A DNA stretch of 64,000 bases from Verrucomicrobiaceae bacterium (GTDB taxonomy: Bacteria; Verrucomicrobiota; Verrucomicrobiia; Verrucomicrobiales; Akkermansiaceae). This document shows positions 17,552-27,578 of the stretch, piece by piece (position 1 is the stretch's first letter; each line of letters starts with the position of its first letter). The notes under the pieces were generated by a model. That model was not told the origin of the DNA, searched no databases, and worked only from the letters and a program-made list of their open reading frames with translations. Location of the stretch: the NCBI GenBank assembly GCA_051252135.1, contig JBPOGH010000021.1:1-64000 (forward strand), in the 5' to 3' direction. The translations under genes were made by a program, and so were the position numbers.

Positions 17552-19347
17552 GAACGCATCACTGCAACGAAATCCGCACCGAGCACATTGGACAAACCGT
17601 CACCCTCATCGGGTGGGTCAATACCGTCCGTGACCAGGGAGGCGTCATCTTCATCGATATCCGCGACCGCGAAGGCCTCACCCAGTGCGTCTTCCGCTCC
17701 GAGGTCTCCCCCGAGGCCGCCGAACTCTCACACAAACTCCGCTCGGAGGACGTCGTCCAGGTCACCGGAAAAGTCGACGAACGACTCAAAACCGACGACG
17801 TCGACACCAAGAACGACAACCTCGAAACAGGTGAAGTCGAGATCGTCGCCACCGAACTCAAGATCGTCAACAAGGCCGAAGTCCTCCCCTTCCAGCTCGA
17901 CAAGGAACTCTCCAACGAGGACCTCCGCCTCAAGCACCGCTACCTCGACCTCCGTCGCCCGCGCCTCACCAACAACCTCCGCCAGCGCCACCTCATCGCC
18001 AAGGCCGCCCGCGACTTCCTCTCCGACGAAGGTTTCATCGAGGTCGAAACCCCCATTTTGTCAAAGGCCACCCCCGAAGGCGCCCGCGACTTCCTCGTCC
18101 CCTCCCGCATCAACCCCGGCAAGTTCTACGCCCTCCCCCAGGCACCCCAGCAGTACAAACAAATGCTCATGGTCGCCGGCATCGAGCGCTACTTCCAGAT
18201 CGCCAAGTGCTTCCGTGACGAAGACCTCCGCGCCGACCGCCAGCCCGAATTCACCCAGATCGACCTCGAAGCCTCCTTCGTCGACCAGGATGACATCATC
18301 GGCATCGTCGAAGGCCTCCTCGCCTCCATGTTCTCCAAGTCCCGCGGCGTCGACGTCCCCACTCCCTTCGAAAGATTGACCTGGAAGGATGCCATGAACC
18401 GCTTCGGTTCCGACAAGCCCGAACGCCGCATCGGCATGGAACTCGTCGACCTCACCGAGGACCTCAAGGACTGCGACTTCCGCGTCTTCTCCGGCACCAT
18501 CCAAAATGGCGGAGTCGTCAAGGCCATCAACGCCAAGGGATTTGCCGACATCTCCACCGGCCAGATCGACAAGCTCACCAAACTCGCCCAGGAAGCCGGA
18601 GCCAAAGGCCTCGCCTACATCCAGGTCCGTGGTGACGAGGTCTCCGCCTGGCGCTCCCCCTTCTCCAAGCGCCTCACCGAGGCCGAGGTCGAAGCACTCC
18701 GCACCAAGCTCAACATCGAAGAAGGAGACCTCATCCTCTTCGCCGCCGACAAATGGGAACCCGCCTGCGAAGTCCTCGGACGTATCCGCATGGAGGTCTG
18801 CTCACTCAAAAATCTCCTCGAAGGAAATGACGACCTCGACTTCCTCTGGGTCACCGAATTCCCCCTCCTCGCCTACGACGAGGAAGAGGATCGCCACGTC
18901 GCCGTCCACCACCCCTTCACCCGTCCCCTCAAGGAAGACGAAGAGAAACTCAAAAATGGCGAACTCGACGGACTCCGCGCCCAGGCTTACGACGTCGTCC
19001 TCAACGGCTACGAACTCGGCGGTGGCTCCATCCGAATCCACGAGGCCGACCTCCAAAGCTCCATGTTCAAAGCCCTCGGCATTTCCGAAGAGGAAGCCGC
19101 CGCGGAATTCGCCCACATCCTCGACGCCTTCAAGTTCGGCGCCCCACCGCACGGCGGACTCGCCCTCGGACTCGACCGCGTCGTCATGCTCGCTTGCCGT
19201 GAGGACTCCATTCGCGAGGTCATCGCCTTCCCGAAGAACAACAAAGGCATGGAAATCATGACCTCCTCCCCCGGCGTCGCCACCGGAACCGCCCTCCGCG
19301 ACCTCCGCATCAAGTCGACCTACACCGAAAAGCCCAAGTCCGAATAA
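17548..19347 (+). CDS. aspS: Aspartate--tRNA ligase
   Basis: MRTHHC; TPEGARDF; FRDEDLRADRQPEFTQID; GAPPHGG; ATGA overlap with hisS. Confidence 0.97.
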   Translation: MRTHHCNEIRTEHIGQTVTLIGWVNTVRDQGGVIFIDIRDREGLTQCVFRSEVSPEAAELSHKLRSEDVVQVTGKVDERLKTDDVDTKNDNLETGEVEIVATELKIVNKAEVLPFQLDKELSNEDLRLKHRYLDLRRPRLTNNLRQRHLIAKAARDFLSDEGFIEVETPILSKATPEGARDFLVPSRINPGKFYALPQAPQQYKQMLMVAGIERYFQIAKCFRDEDLRADRQPEFTQIDLEASFVDQDDIIGIVEGLLASMFSKSRGVDVPTPFERLTWKDAMNRFGSDKPERRIGMELVDLTEDLKDCDFRVFSGTIQNGGVVKAINAKGFADISTGQIDKLTKLAQEAGAKGLAYIQVRGDEVSAWRSPFSKRLTEAEVEALRTKLNIEEGDLILFAADKWEPACEVLGRIRMEVCSLKNLLEGNDDLDFLWVTEFPLLAYDEEEDRHVAVHHPFTRPLKEDEEKLKNGELDGLRAQAYDVVLNGYELGGGSIRIHEADLQSSMFKALGISEEEAAAEFAHILDAFKFGAPPHGGLALGLDRVVMLACREDSIREVIAFPKNNKGMEIMTSSPGVATGTALRDLRIKSTYTEKPKSE

Positions 19348-19389
19348 GCAAAGTTGACCCGCAAAGGGCAAACTCCCAGAGTGTCCACG

Positions 19390-20085
19390 ATGAAGAACGT
19401 AATCCTTCTCGGACTGGGCACTCTCGCTACTCTCCCGACCCTTGCCGAAATCGACCCCGGGATCCCTTTCGGCATCGAGGGAGTGGCCGGCATCCGCACC
19501 GGTTACGTTTACCGCGGCTTCGAGCTCGCCAAAACCTCCTCCGAACTCCAGTTCCAGGCCGAGATCGCACTCTCCAACGAATCCGCCATCAACCTCGGAG
19601 CCTGGCACCTCTCCGAAAGCGACGGCCCCTTTTCAGAGACCGGAACCTTCATCGACCTCCGCCACGAGATCACCGATAAAACCCTCGTCGGAGCCTCCCT
19701 CACCTACCGCAACTTCCGCGGCTCCCTCCTCAAAAGCGGCCTCGACCTCGGCCTCTTCGCCCACCACCAATTTTCCGATAACTGGGACGCAAAAACCGGA
19801 ATCTACTTCGACACCGGTAACGACTCCATCTACGCCGATGCCAACCTCCGCTGGAGCCACCCCATCTCGGACTCCACCTTCATCTCGCTCGAGAACGGCG
19901 TAAGCTACGTCTCCGATTACCTGAATCGCGACGGCTTCAACGACCTCCACGGCCGACTCTCCCTCACCTACGCCCTCTCGGATTCCGTCGCCTTCACCCC
20001 CTTCCTCGGCTGGAGCATCCAGCTCGATGACAAAACTGCCGGCGATGCCGCCTACGGAGGTGTCTGGTTCGAGGTTATTTTCTAG
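19390..20085 (+). CDS. Outer-membrane beta-barrel protein (TIGR02001-like)
   Basis: Signal peptide; YVYRG motif; alternating beta pattern; terminal Phe. Confidence 0.65.
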   Translation: MKNVILLGLGTLATLPTLAEIDPGIPFGIEGVAGIRTGYVYRGFELAKTSSELQFQAEIALSNESAINLGAWHLSESDGPFSETGTFIDLRHEITDKTLVGASLTYRNFRGSLLKSGLDLGLFAHHQFSDNWDAKTGIYFDTGNDSIYADANLRWSHPISDSTFISLENGVSYVSDYLNRDGFNDLHGRLSLTYALSDSVAFTPFLGWSIQLDDKTAGDAAYGGVWFEVIF

Positions 20086-20089
20086 CAGC

Positions 20090-20175
20090 GGCTCCTCTCA
20101 CCTCGGAAGCGAAGCTTCCCTGGCTAAAAATCCATCAATCCTTTCAGCGTGCGTCATCTTGAAGCAGGGTTTCCC
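20090..20175. mobile_element. Partial MITE (right half of the MITE-4 type)
   Basis: Closely similar to 53641-53727 (GGAAGC.AAGCTTCCCTGGCTAAAAA...TTCAGCGTGC.TCATCTT...GTTTCCC|TA). Confidence 0.75.
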
Positions 20176-20911
20176 TAGGACCTTCGCCCGGCTTCCGCTT
20201 CTTCCGCTCGGGACCATGTCCCGGAGGCCCCGCCTTCCGGAGCTCCTCGGAGCTCACCTCGCCATTCTGATCCTGATCCAGATCATTAAAATGATTCCGG
20301 CGCTCCTTCTTCGGAACAAACTTCAAATGGGGCAGCTTCTGAAATTCCTCCCAGGAAAGCGTCCCGTTCTGATCGAGATCAAACTCCTTGAACTTCTTCC
20401 GTGATTCCTCCGGCGTGGGACGCGGTGGCCGGTCATTGTGATCCAACACCTGATCCTTGTTCCGGTCCAATCGCTCAAACATCCCCTTCCGCCGCTTCTC
20501 GGAAAACTTCTTCAACTTCCCGCCCTCCATAAATTCCTCAAGCGTCACCTTCCCGTCCTTATTCGCGTCAACCGACTCCATCATCCGACGCATGTCAAAA
20601 GAATGGGAAGACCCGCTATCTCTCGGCGGCTTCAGCTCCTTCTTCTCAATCACCTCATTGCCATCCTTATCAAGTCGCGCAAAAAGCTCTCCACGCACCT
20701 TGGGATCAAGCTGCTGCACCCGACGCCCCACATCAAATTCGGCCCGCGTCACCTTCCCGTCCCCGTCGGCATCAAAATGACCGAAAAAATGATCATGATA
20801 CTCTGACTTCCTCTTCGGAACCTCCTCAGGCCCGGGGCACCCCATCACCATTCCGGTCGTTACCGAAAGGAGCGTAAAAGTTCCGATGATCGCATTCATA
20901 TCCTCTGACAC
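20144..20911 (-). CDS. Secreted multi-EF-hand calcium-binding protein
   Basis: Six DxD/NxDG loops (DADGDGKVT, DKDGN, DANKDGKVT, DRNKD, DLDQNG, DQDQNG). Confidence 0.8.
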   Translation of the reverse strand: MSEDMNAIIGTFTLLSVTTGMVMGCPGPEEVPKRKSEYHDHFFGHFDADGDGKVTRAEFDVGRRVQQLDPKVRGELFARLDKDGNEVIEKKELKPPRDSGSSHSFDMRRMMESVDANKDGKVTLEEFMEGGKLKKFSEKRRKGMFERLDRNKDQVLDHNDRPPRPTPEESRKKFKEFDLDQNGTLSWEEFQKLPHLKFVPKKERRNHFNDLDQDQNGEVSSEELRKAGPPGHGPERKKRKPGEGPRETLLQDDAR

Positions 20912-21003
20912 CGGATGGAAGCAGGAAAACTACCAATAGTTGCACAAAAAAGCTGCTTTTTCCGTGGACCTCGACTCCTGTAGCCCACTACCGTCACCCC
21001 CAG

Positions 21004-21873
21004 ATGGATATTCTCCCGCTCCTTCAAGATGAGCAAACCACTCTTTCTTTCGAGTTTTTCCCTCCCAAGAGCGATGCCGGCGCTGACGAATTGCTAAGCA
21101 CCGTCCACGACCTCACCTCGCTCGACCCTGCCTTCGTGAGCGTCACCTACGGCGCCGGAGGAACCACCCGCACCCGCACCAGAGATGTCGTCCAACGCAT
21201 CCTCAAGGAAACCTGCATCCCCACCGTCCCCCATCTCACCTGCATCGGACACACCAGGGAGGAAATGACCGAAATCCTCGACGGCTACCAGGCCGACGGT
21301 GTCCAAACCATCCTCGCCCTGCGAGGCGACCCCCCCCGTGACAACCCGCACTACGATCGCAGTCACGATGACTTCCGCTTCGCCTCCGACCTCGTCCGCT
21401 TCATCAAGGAACACCCCCACCCCTTCACCATCGGCGTCGCCGGCTTTCCGGAAGGACACCCCGCCACCCAAAATCGACTCGAGGAAATGGACCACTTCAA
21501 GGAGAAGGTCGATGCCGGGGCGGACTACATCTGCACCCAGCTCTTCTTCGATAATCACGACTTCTTTGACTACCGGGATCGTTGCGCCCTCGCCGGGATC
21601 AACATCCCCATCGTCGCCGGCATCATGCCCATCACCACCATCAGCGGAATGACCAGAATGGCGGAACTGGCTGCCGGATGTCACTTTCCCGCCAGCCTCC
21701 TCCGCGCCCTCAATCAAGCCGGCCAGGATGACAAAGCCGTCAAATCCGCTGGCATCGACTACGCCACCGCCCAATGCCAGGAACTCATCGAGCACTCCGT
21801 CTCAGGCATTCACCTCTACACGCTCAATAAGAGCATGGCCACCCGCCGCATCGCCAAAAACCTGCGGTTCTAG
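21004..21873 (+). CDS. metF: 5,10-methylenetetrahydrofolate reductase
   Basis: SFEFFPPK; SVTYGAGG; HLTC; LALRGDPP; TQLFFD; HLYTLN. Confidence 0.95.
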   Translation: MDILPLLQDEQTTLSFEFFPPKSDAGADELLSTVHDLTSLDPAFVSVTYGAGGTTRTRTRDVVQRILKETCIPTVPHLTCIGHTREEMTEILDGYQADGVQTILALRGDPPRDNPHYDRSHDDFRFASDLVRFIKEHPHPFTIGVAGFPEGHPATQNRLEEMDHFKEKVDAGADYICTQLFFDNHDFFDYRDRCALAGINIPIVAGIMPITTISGMTRMAELAAGCHFPASLLRALNQAGQDDKAVKSAGIDYATAQCQELIEHSVSGIHLYTLNKSMATRRIAKNLRF

Positions 21874-23576
21874 TCTTCCACCCGCTTCAAGGTAATCCGG
21901 CTGTCCGCCAAAAGCTTGTCCGCCTCATCCTCGCTGATCTTCGAAAAGGTGGTGTTGAACCGAAGCGGCAACCATCTCCAGCCCTCCTCATCGGAAGGAT
22001 AAAGCTGCTGCAGACTGGCGTAATCCCGGAAGGCCACGCCCCCCACTCCGAACTGAATCTCTCCGCTCACCCGATGCACGTTCATCGCAAGACGAAGCCG
22101 GGATTCCTCCATCTCCTTCGCTGAAAGAGTATCGCGTTTCTGCGTACCTCCTCCCCCGCTTGCTTCGATATTAAGATCCACCTCGAGGTCGTTCACTTTC
22201 CCTCCTCCCGCTGCCCGCTTCAGACTCATCCGCTCGTTCTCTAGTGCCTGGGCGGAGGACACATCCGTGATATCTTCTCCAATCCCCCCCTCGAACCCCT
22301 CGGTTAAGGTAATCCCAAGACTGTCCGCAGCTTCCTGCTGGGTCGGGAGCCTCGTCGAAACATTCCCCTCAAGCCGAAGCATGTTTCCGGACCGAATCGA
22401 GATATCCTTAATCTCCATCCCCCCGGAACCAGTCACAAATTTGAATCCTCCCGTCTCAAAATCCACCCGTCGGTAATTTTGCGAAATATCAATCACAGAC
22501 AAGGCCTTCAACAGATCCCAACTCTCACGGATAACCACCCGATCGGCCGTGGCCAGCTTCACCGTCCCAGACGTCTCAATCTTCCGGTTCGAGGAACCAA
22601 AAATCTTCAAGTCCCCGGAAATCGTTCCCGAAAGAAAGTCCTTCACCCGCACGCCCCCCAACTCAACGAGCTCCTCGATCGGAAGAGCTAAAAACTCCCC
22701 CTTGAGATCAAAGACCGGCATTGCCAGCGATTCCCCGATCCTTCCGGATAAAACCAAACTTCCTCCCAGCTTCGTCAGATCCAGGGATTTCACCTCAATT
22801 CCGTCCGGCCCGCAAGTCAGCTCCCCCTTCTCAATCGTGAAGCCTTTAATCCAGTTCTGCGAAAACTCCCCTCCCTTCAAACTCACTTCCCACTTTCCGT
22901 CCTCGAGAATTGCCTCAAAAAACGTGTTCGTCACCGCTCCATAGGTCAGCTTGGAGTAGCCCCAGTCAAAACTCAACTTATCGATCGTAAGCGCCGTGAC
23001 CCCCTCCCCTTCAAAACTCTCAATGATTCGGGAAAATGCCTTTTCCATCTCCTCCTCACCGCCACCGGCCTTCAACTGAAAGGACGCCCTCTTGATCCTC
23101 ACCTGATCCGGTGCCCACGGAGTCGTCACCCCCGCCAAAAATTCAAACGATCCGGACAACGACTCCATGTCGGCTTCCATAAAGAAACTCTCCTCCCCTC
23201 CCTCAAGCTCGATCTCCCTGAAAAGCCCCTGCCCCCGGGACCGCGAAAAGCCATTGATTTCAATCTCATCGGCCCCCAACGCCGCAGTCACCCCCTCGCT
23301 CACCTTCTCCTCATAACCTTTGCTTTCAAAATGACGGTTCAACACCACATACCCGACTCCCACGATCCCCGCCGAGACCACTAACAACTTCACGAACACG
23401 TTGCCCAGCTGCTTGATGACCGAGTAATTCCCTACCGTTTTGGCATACCTTAATTGAAACAGCAGCCCCTGCTGCCCAATCCAATCACCAACTCGTTCTT
23501 GGTATTCTCGCAACCGCTCTTGATCGACAGACTGATCCACGGGCCAACTGTAGGCGTCCGGCTCCCCGAATGCCAT
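21870..23576 (-). CDS. Membrane-anchored AsmA-like hypothetical protein
   Basis: Single N-terminal TM followed by a long beta-rich region. Confidence 0.55.
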   Translation of the reverse strand: MAFGEPDAYSWPVDQSVDQERLREYQERVGDWIGQQGLLFQLRYAKTVGNYSVIKQLGNVFVKLLVVSAGIVGVGYVVLNRHFESKGYEEKVSEGVTAALGADEIEINGFSRSRGQGLFREIELEGGEESFFMEADMESLSGSFEFLAGVTTPWAPDQVRIKRASFQLKAGGGEEEMEKAFSRIIESFEGEGVTALTIDKLSFDWGYSKLTYGAVTNTFFEAILEDGKWEVSLKGGEFSQNWIKGFTIEKGELTCGPDGIEVKSLDLTKLGGSLVLSGRIGESLAMPVFDLKGEFLALPIEELVELGGVRVKDFLSGTISGDLKIFGSSNRKIETSGTVKLATADRVVIRESWDLLKALSVIDISQNYRRVDFETGGFKFVTGSGGMEIKDISIRSGNMLRLEGNVSTRLPTQQEAADSLGITLTEGFEGGIGEDITDVSSAQALENERMSLKRAAGGGKVNDLEVDLNIEASGGGGTQKRDTLSAKEMEESRLRLAMNVHRVSGEIQFGVGGVAFRDYASLQQLYPSDEEGWRWLPLRFNTTFSKISEDEADKLLADSRITLKRVED

Positions 23577-23644
23577 CGCAAATAATCGGAAAGCTCTCCT
23601 AATTTCCCTCGCGATTCCCGAATCCGTCCGCTATTTCCTCCGAC

Positions 23645-24382
23645 GTGGAAGATGTAAACTACAAGGTCAGCCTCGAATTCTTCGAAGGACCCCTGGACTT
23701 ACTTCTCTACCTCATCCGTCGCGATGAGGTGGACATCTACGATATTTCCATCCAACGGATCACCTCCCAATACCTCGAATACGTTGGCAGCTTTAAAATG
23801 CTGAACATCGACCTCGCCTCCGAGTTCATCTCCATGGCTGCCAATCTGATGTACATCAAGAGCCGCACCCTTCTCCCCAAACGCGAGCAACCCCCTGAGG
23901 ATGAGGCAGATGAGGACGATCCACGCTGGGAACTCATCCGCCAGCTCATCGAATACAAAAAATTCAAGGACGCCGCCGGCTTCCTCGCCCAACGGGAGGT
24001 CGAGCAGGAGCAAATCTTCTCCCACGCCCCCGAAAAAAACAAACTTCCCGCGGATTCCGAGCCCACCCCCCTCGCCGAAGTCTCCATCTTCGACCTCATC
24101 CGCGCCTTCCAGAACGTCATCAAACGCTTCGAGGAAACACGGGACTTCGGAGACATCGTCGACGACCGGCACACCGTAAGCGATAAAATCGATTACCTCC
24201 TCCACGAAATCCCGCCCGGCGGCTCCATGAGCCTCCAGACCATCTTCAACAAAGCCACCACCAAGGTCGAAGTCATCGTCATCTTCCTCGCCCTCCTCGA
24301 ACTCATGAAAATGAACCAGTTCCGGGCACGGCAGGACCAACTGCTCGGACAAATCGAAATCGAGAGAAACCAATCTCCGTAA
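23645..24382 (+). CDS. scpA: Segregation/condensation protein A
   Basis: FEGPLDLLLYLI; IKSRTLLP; FLALLELMK. Confidence 0.93.
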   Translation: MEDVNYKVSLEFFEGPLDLLLYLIRRDEVDIYDISIQRITSQYLEYVGSFKMLNIDLASEFISMAANLMYIKSRTLLPKREQPPEDEADEDDPRWELIRQLIEYKKFKDAAGFLAQREVEQEQIFSHAPEKNKLPADSEPTPLAEVSIFDLIRAFQNVIKRFEETRDFGDIVDDRHTVSDKIDYLLHEIPPGGSMSLQTIFNKATTKVEVIVIFLALLELMKMNQFRARQDQLLGQIEIERNQSP

Positions 24383-24387
24383 CCCGG

Positions 24388-24969
24388 ATGGATTCCCCCA
24401 AAATAGCCCTCTTCGGCGGCACCTTCGACCCCGTTCACACCGGACACCTCGAAGCCGCCCTCAAGGCCCGCTCCACCCTCGACCTCGACCAAATCATCTT
24501 CCTCCCCTGCCGGCAATCGCCCCACAAACACTCCGGACCGGCCGCAAGCGATCAGGAACGCCTCGAAATGCTTCAGCTTTCCACCGCAGACCTCCCTTGG
24601 GCACAAGTGAGCGATTTCGAGCTCAACCGCGCCCTCCCCTCCTACACCTGGGAAACAATCAGGGATCTCAAACCATCCCTCCCCGATCATTCCGACCTCT
24701 ACCTCCTCATCGGGCTGGATCAATGGGAAGCCCTCCCCCGCTGGACCCATCCCGAAAAAATAGCCGCCGAAGTCGAGTTCATCGTGGTTGGCAGGGATGG
24801 CTCACCCTCCCCCCGTCAAGGATACCGCGCCCACTTCATCCCCGGAGATCACCCCGCCTCAGCCAGTGAAATCCGCCGACTCCTCGCCTCAAAAAAGCCC
24901 GCTCCCTGGCTCCACCCGGAGGTCGCCAACTTCATTTCCAGAAAACATCTCTATCTTTCGGATCGCTGA
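24388..24969 (+). CDS. nadD: Nicotinate-nucleotide adenylyltransferase
   Basis: FGGTFDPVHTGH; SPHK; PSYT; IGLD; SASEIR. Confidence 0.92.
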   Translation: MDSPKIALFGGTFDPVHTGHLEAALKARSTLDLDQIIFLPCRQSPHKHSGPAASDQERLEMLQLSTADLPWAQVSDFELNRALPSYTWETIRDLKPSLPDHSDLYLLIGLDQWEALPRWTHPEKIAAEVEFIVVGRDGSPSPRQGYRAHFIPGDHPASASEIRRLLASKKPAPWLHPEVANFISRKHLYLSDR

Positions 24970-25018
24970 CTTGCATCCTCACCACGGTCCTTCTAGGGTG
25001 CCCCATAACTTTCGACGT

Positions 25019-25783
25019 ATGATCAAAAAACTTCTTCTCGCCGCACTCCTCCCCCTCGGCCCCCTCCTCGCCCAAGAGGAAGCTGATGCCGCTCCAGCCA
25101 CTGAGGAAAAGAAAGCCCTCCAATACCAGATCGATCTCGACAACCTCCCCGCCGACACCAAGGAAAAATACTGGCAGGCCATCTTCCGCGCCGAAACCCT
25201 CTTCCGCCAGAAGCGCATCTTCGAATGCCTCGAAATCATCGATGAAGTCCACGCGATTTACGACAAAAACCCCTCCTCCCTCAACCTGAAGGGAGCCTGC
25301 TTCGTCGAATTCCGGAACTTCAAAAAAGCCGAAACCTGCTTCATCGAAGCCCTCAAACAGCATCCCGACAACAAGAACGTCATCTTCAACCTCGCGGAAA
25401 TGGCCTTCGTCACCCACCAGTGGCAGAAAGCCCACGACCAACTTTCCCAACTCCTCTCCGAATCCGACGCGGGGCTCAGCTCCATGGTGGACCTCATCAA
25501 ATTCAAAATCCTCCTCTGCAAGCTCAAGCTTGGAGACAAGGACGGAGCGAAAGCCATCCTCGATGAAACCGACTTCCTCGATGACTCGCCCCTCTACTAC
25601 TACGGCCACGGCGCACTCGCCTACGCCAACGACGAGCCCATCGAAGCAGAAATCTGGCTCGCTCGCGCCAGCCGCATCTTCCGGAACCCGCAACTCCTCT
25701 CCCCCTGGCAGGACACCCTCATTGAGTTCGGATACATCAAGAGCTTCTACGGAGGCGACCTTGAAATCCCCGACTCCGAGTAA
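25019..25783 (+). CDS. Secreted tetratricopeptide-repeat protein
   Basis: Signal peptide MIKKLLLAALL; TPR-like helices. Confidence 0.75.
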   Translation: MIKKLLLAALLPLGPLLAQEEADAAPATEEKKALQYQIDLDNLPADTKEKYWQAIFRAETLFRQKRIFECLEIIDEVHAIYDKNPSSLNLKGACFVEFRNFKKAETCFIEALKQHPDNKNVIFNLAEMAFVTHQWQKAHDQLSQLLSESDAGLSSMVDLIKFKILLCKLKLGDKDGAKAILDETDFLDDSPLYYYGHGALAYANDEPIEAEIWLARASRIFRNPQLLSPWQDTLIEFGYIKSFYGGDLEIPDSE

Positions 25784-25792
25784 TCCCGCCAC

Positions 25793-26209
25793 CTAGCAGC
25801 CCACCTGCTTCAAGGTAATCCCGTAAAGCTTCGCAATCGCCGGAGCCTCGGACTCCTTGTAAATCTCGCGATAGTAAATTTCGCGAATCCCATACGCACA
25901 CAACGTCTGCATACAGGCCGTGCACGGCATCGTCGTCGTCGCCACAATCTTCGCCTCCCCGCGCTTGAATAGGCTGCACAAATTCACCTCCGCATGGAGC
26001 ATGAACTTCTGCCGCGCATCCCGGTCATCCCAAAACCCCTCCGGCGCATCAAATCCCGGAGCCAACCCATTGTAAGACGTCGCTATCACCCGGTTGTCCC
26101 AATCCAGCGCCGCCGCCCCCACCTTCCGAAACGGATCCTCGGAACGTAAACTCGCCACCTCCGCCAAAGCCATCGCATACTCCGGAATAGACAAACGCTC
26201 ACTGCTCAT
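25793..26209 (-). CDS. dCMP deaminase family protein
   Basis: RSED..RKVGA; YNG; HAE; PCTAC. Confidence 0.9.
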   Translation of the reverse strand: MSSERLSIPEYAMALAEVASLRSEDPFRKVGAAALDWDNRVIATSYNGLAPGFDAPEGFWDDRDARQKFMLHAEVNLCSLFKRGEAKIVATTTMPCTACMQTLCAYGIREIYYREIYKESEAPAIAKLYGITLKQVGC

Positions 26210-26236
26210 ACGGTTATCTTGAGCAAACCCACCACG

Positions 26237-27088
26237 ATGTCCAGCCAGCCCACCCCCTCAAAAACCAAAACCTACTCCCGCAGGGCCTCGCTCGGCATCA
26301 TCGCCGCCGCCATCCCCTCCGCCGCCTGGGGATTCCTCGGAGAACCCGACACCCTCTCCATCACCCAAAAAAACCTCACCCTCAAAGACTGGCCCCCCGC
26401 CCTCGCCGGCTTCCGCATCGCCCACCTCACCGACCTCCACTTCCGCCCCGGAGTCGATGACGCCCTCCTCACCAAACTCACCGCCGCCGTCCAAGCCTCC
26501 GGGCCCGACCTCATTCTCATCACCGGAGACTTCCTCATCCGGGACCCCTCCTCCCTCCCCGAGCTCTGCCGCCACCTCAAAAAACTCTCCGCCACCCACG
26601 GCATCATCGCCAGCCCCGGAAATCACGACCGCTGGCACTGCTCCTCCGGCTTCCTCAAAAAACACCTCGAAGCCGCCGGCATCTCCTACCTCCAAAACCA
26701 CGCCACCACCCTCACCATCAAAGGCGAACAACTCTATCTCCCCGGACTCGACTCCATCTGGGGCGGAAACATCGACCCCTCACGCGCCTGGAAAGCCCAC
26801 CGAAAGGGCGACCCCGTCATCGCCCTCGTCCACGAACCCGACGTCTTCGACCACCTCCACCCCACCCGCCCCCTCACCCTCCAACTCTCCGGCCACACCC
26901 ACGGCGGACAATGCCGCGTCCCCCTCATCGGCTACGCCCCCGCCAAAGTAAAATACGGACGCAACTACCTCTACGGCCACTACCAAAAAAACGACGCCCA
27001 ACTCTGGGTCGGCCGCGGCATCGGCACCGTCGGCCTCCGCGTCCGCTTCGCCTGCCCCCCCGAACTCTCCATCCTCACCCTCCGGTGA
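26237..27088 (+). CDS. Metallophosphoesterase (YkuE-like), Tat-like N-terminus
   Basis: TDLH; TGD; GNHD; HEPD; SGHTHGGQ. Confidence 0.88.
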   Translation: MSSQPTPSKTKTYSRRASLGIIAAAIPSAAWGFLGEPDTLSITQKNLTLKDWPPALAGFRIAHLTDLHFRPGVDDALLTKLTAAVQASGPDLILITGDFLIRDPSSLPELCRHLKKLSATHGIIASPGNHDRWHCSSGFLKKHLEAAGISYLQNHATTLTIKGEQLYLPGLDSIWGGNIDPSRAWKAHRKGDPVIALVHEPDVFDHLHPTRPLTLQLSGHTHGGQCRVPLIGYAPAKVKYGRNYLYGHYQKNDAQLWVGRGIGTVGLRVRFACPPELSILTLR

Positions 27089-27249
27089 TTCCAAATCTCC
27101 AACCTCTTGAGAGTTTCAAACTCTGGAATTGAGAATTTCCCTCCCCCCGACCAAATTCCGTCCATTTCGTAATTTTCGTGGTCCCCCCCCCAAATTCCCA
27201 ATTCCTAATTCCTCACTCCCCATCCAACGGACTCCTTATACCAATGAGG

Positions 27250-27471
27250 AAAAGAATGCCGCAGCGCATGCGTCGTCACCCGTTTCACCACCCCCGCCTC
27301 ACGCGCCGCCATCCTAATCGCCTTTGCATAAACTCCACTGTGCAGATGGTGCCTCCGCCGGATCCCGCTCTCTGGATCTCGTGAAAGCCCCGCCGCCGGG
27401 AAGACCCACGCCCACTCCCATTGCTCTCCGGCATTGGGAAATTTTCGCCCCAGTCCTCCGGGGAGGGCTAC
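27250..27471 (-). pseudogene. intI: Internal fragment of a second integron integrase
   Basis: VALPGGLGRKFPNAGEQWEWAWVFP..RRRHHLH..VTTHALRHSF, collinear with the intI at 7.7-7.9 kb and truncated on both sides. Confidence 0.85.
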
Positions 27472-27578
27472 TCTGGGGACCAACAAAGGGACCGGGGACC
27501 AATAAGACCAATAAAGGGACAGACCTTTTATAATATTACTCTTGTCCTCTCCTGCCCCGCTGCTCTAGCTTCAATCCC

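Noticed and set aside
20912..21003. Possible SAM riboswitch upstream of metF
   Set aside because: Only a weak hairpin in a short divergent intergenic region; no recognisable SAM-I/II consensus.
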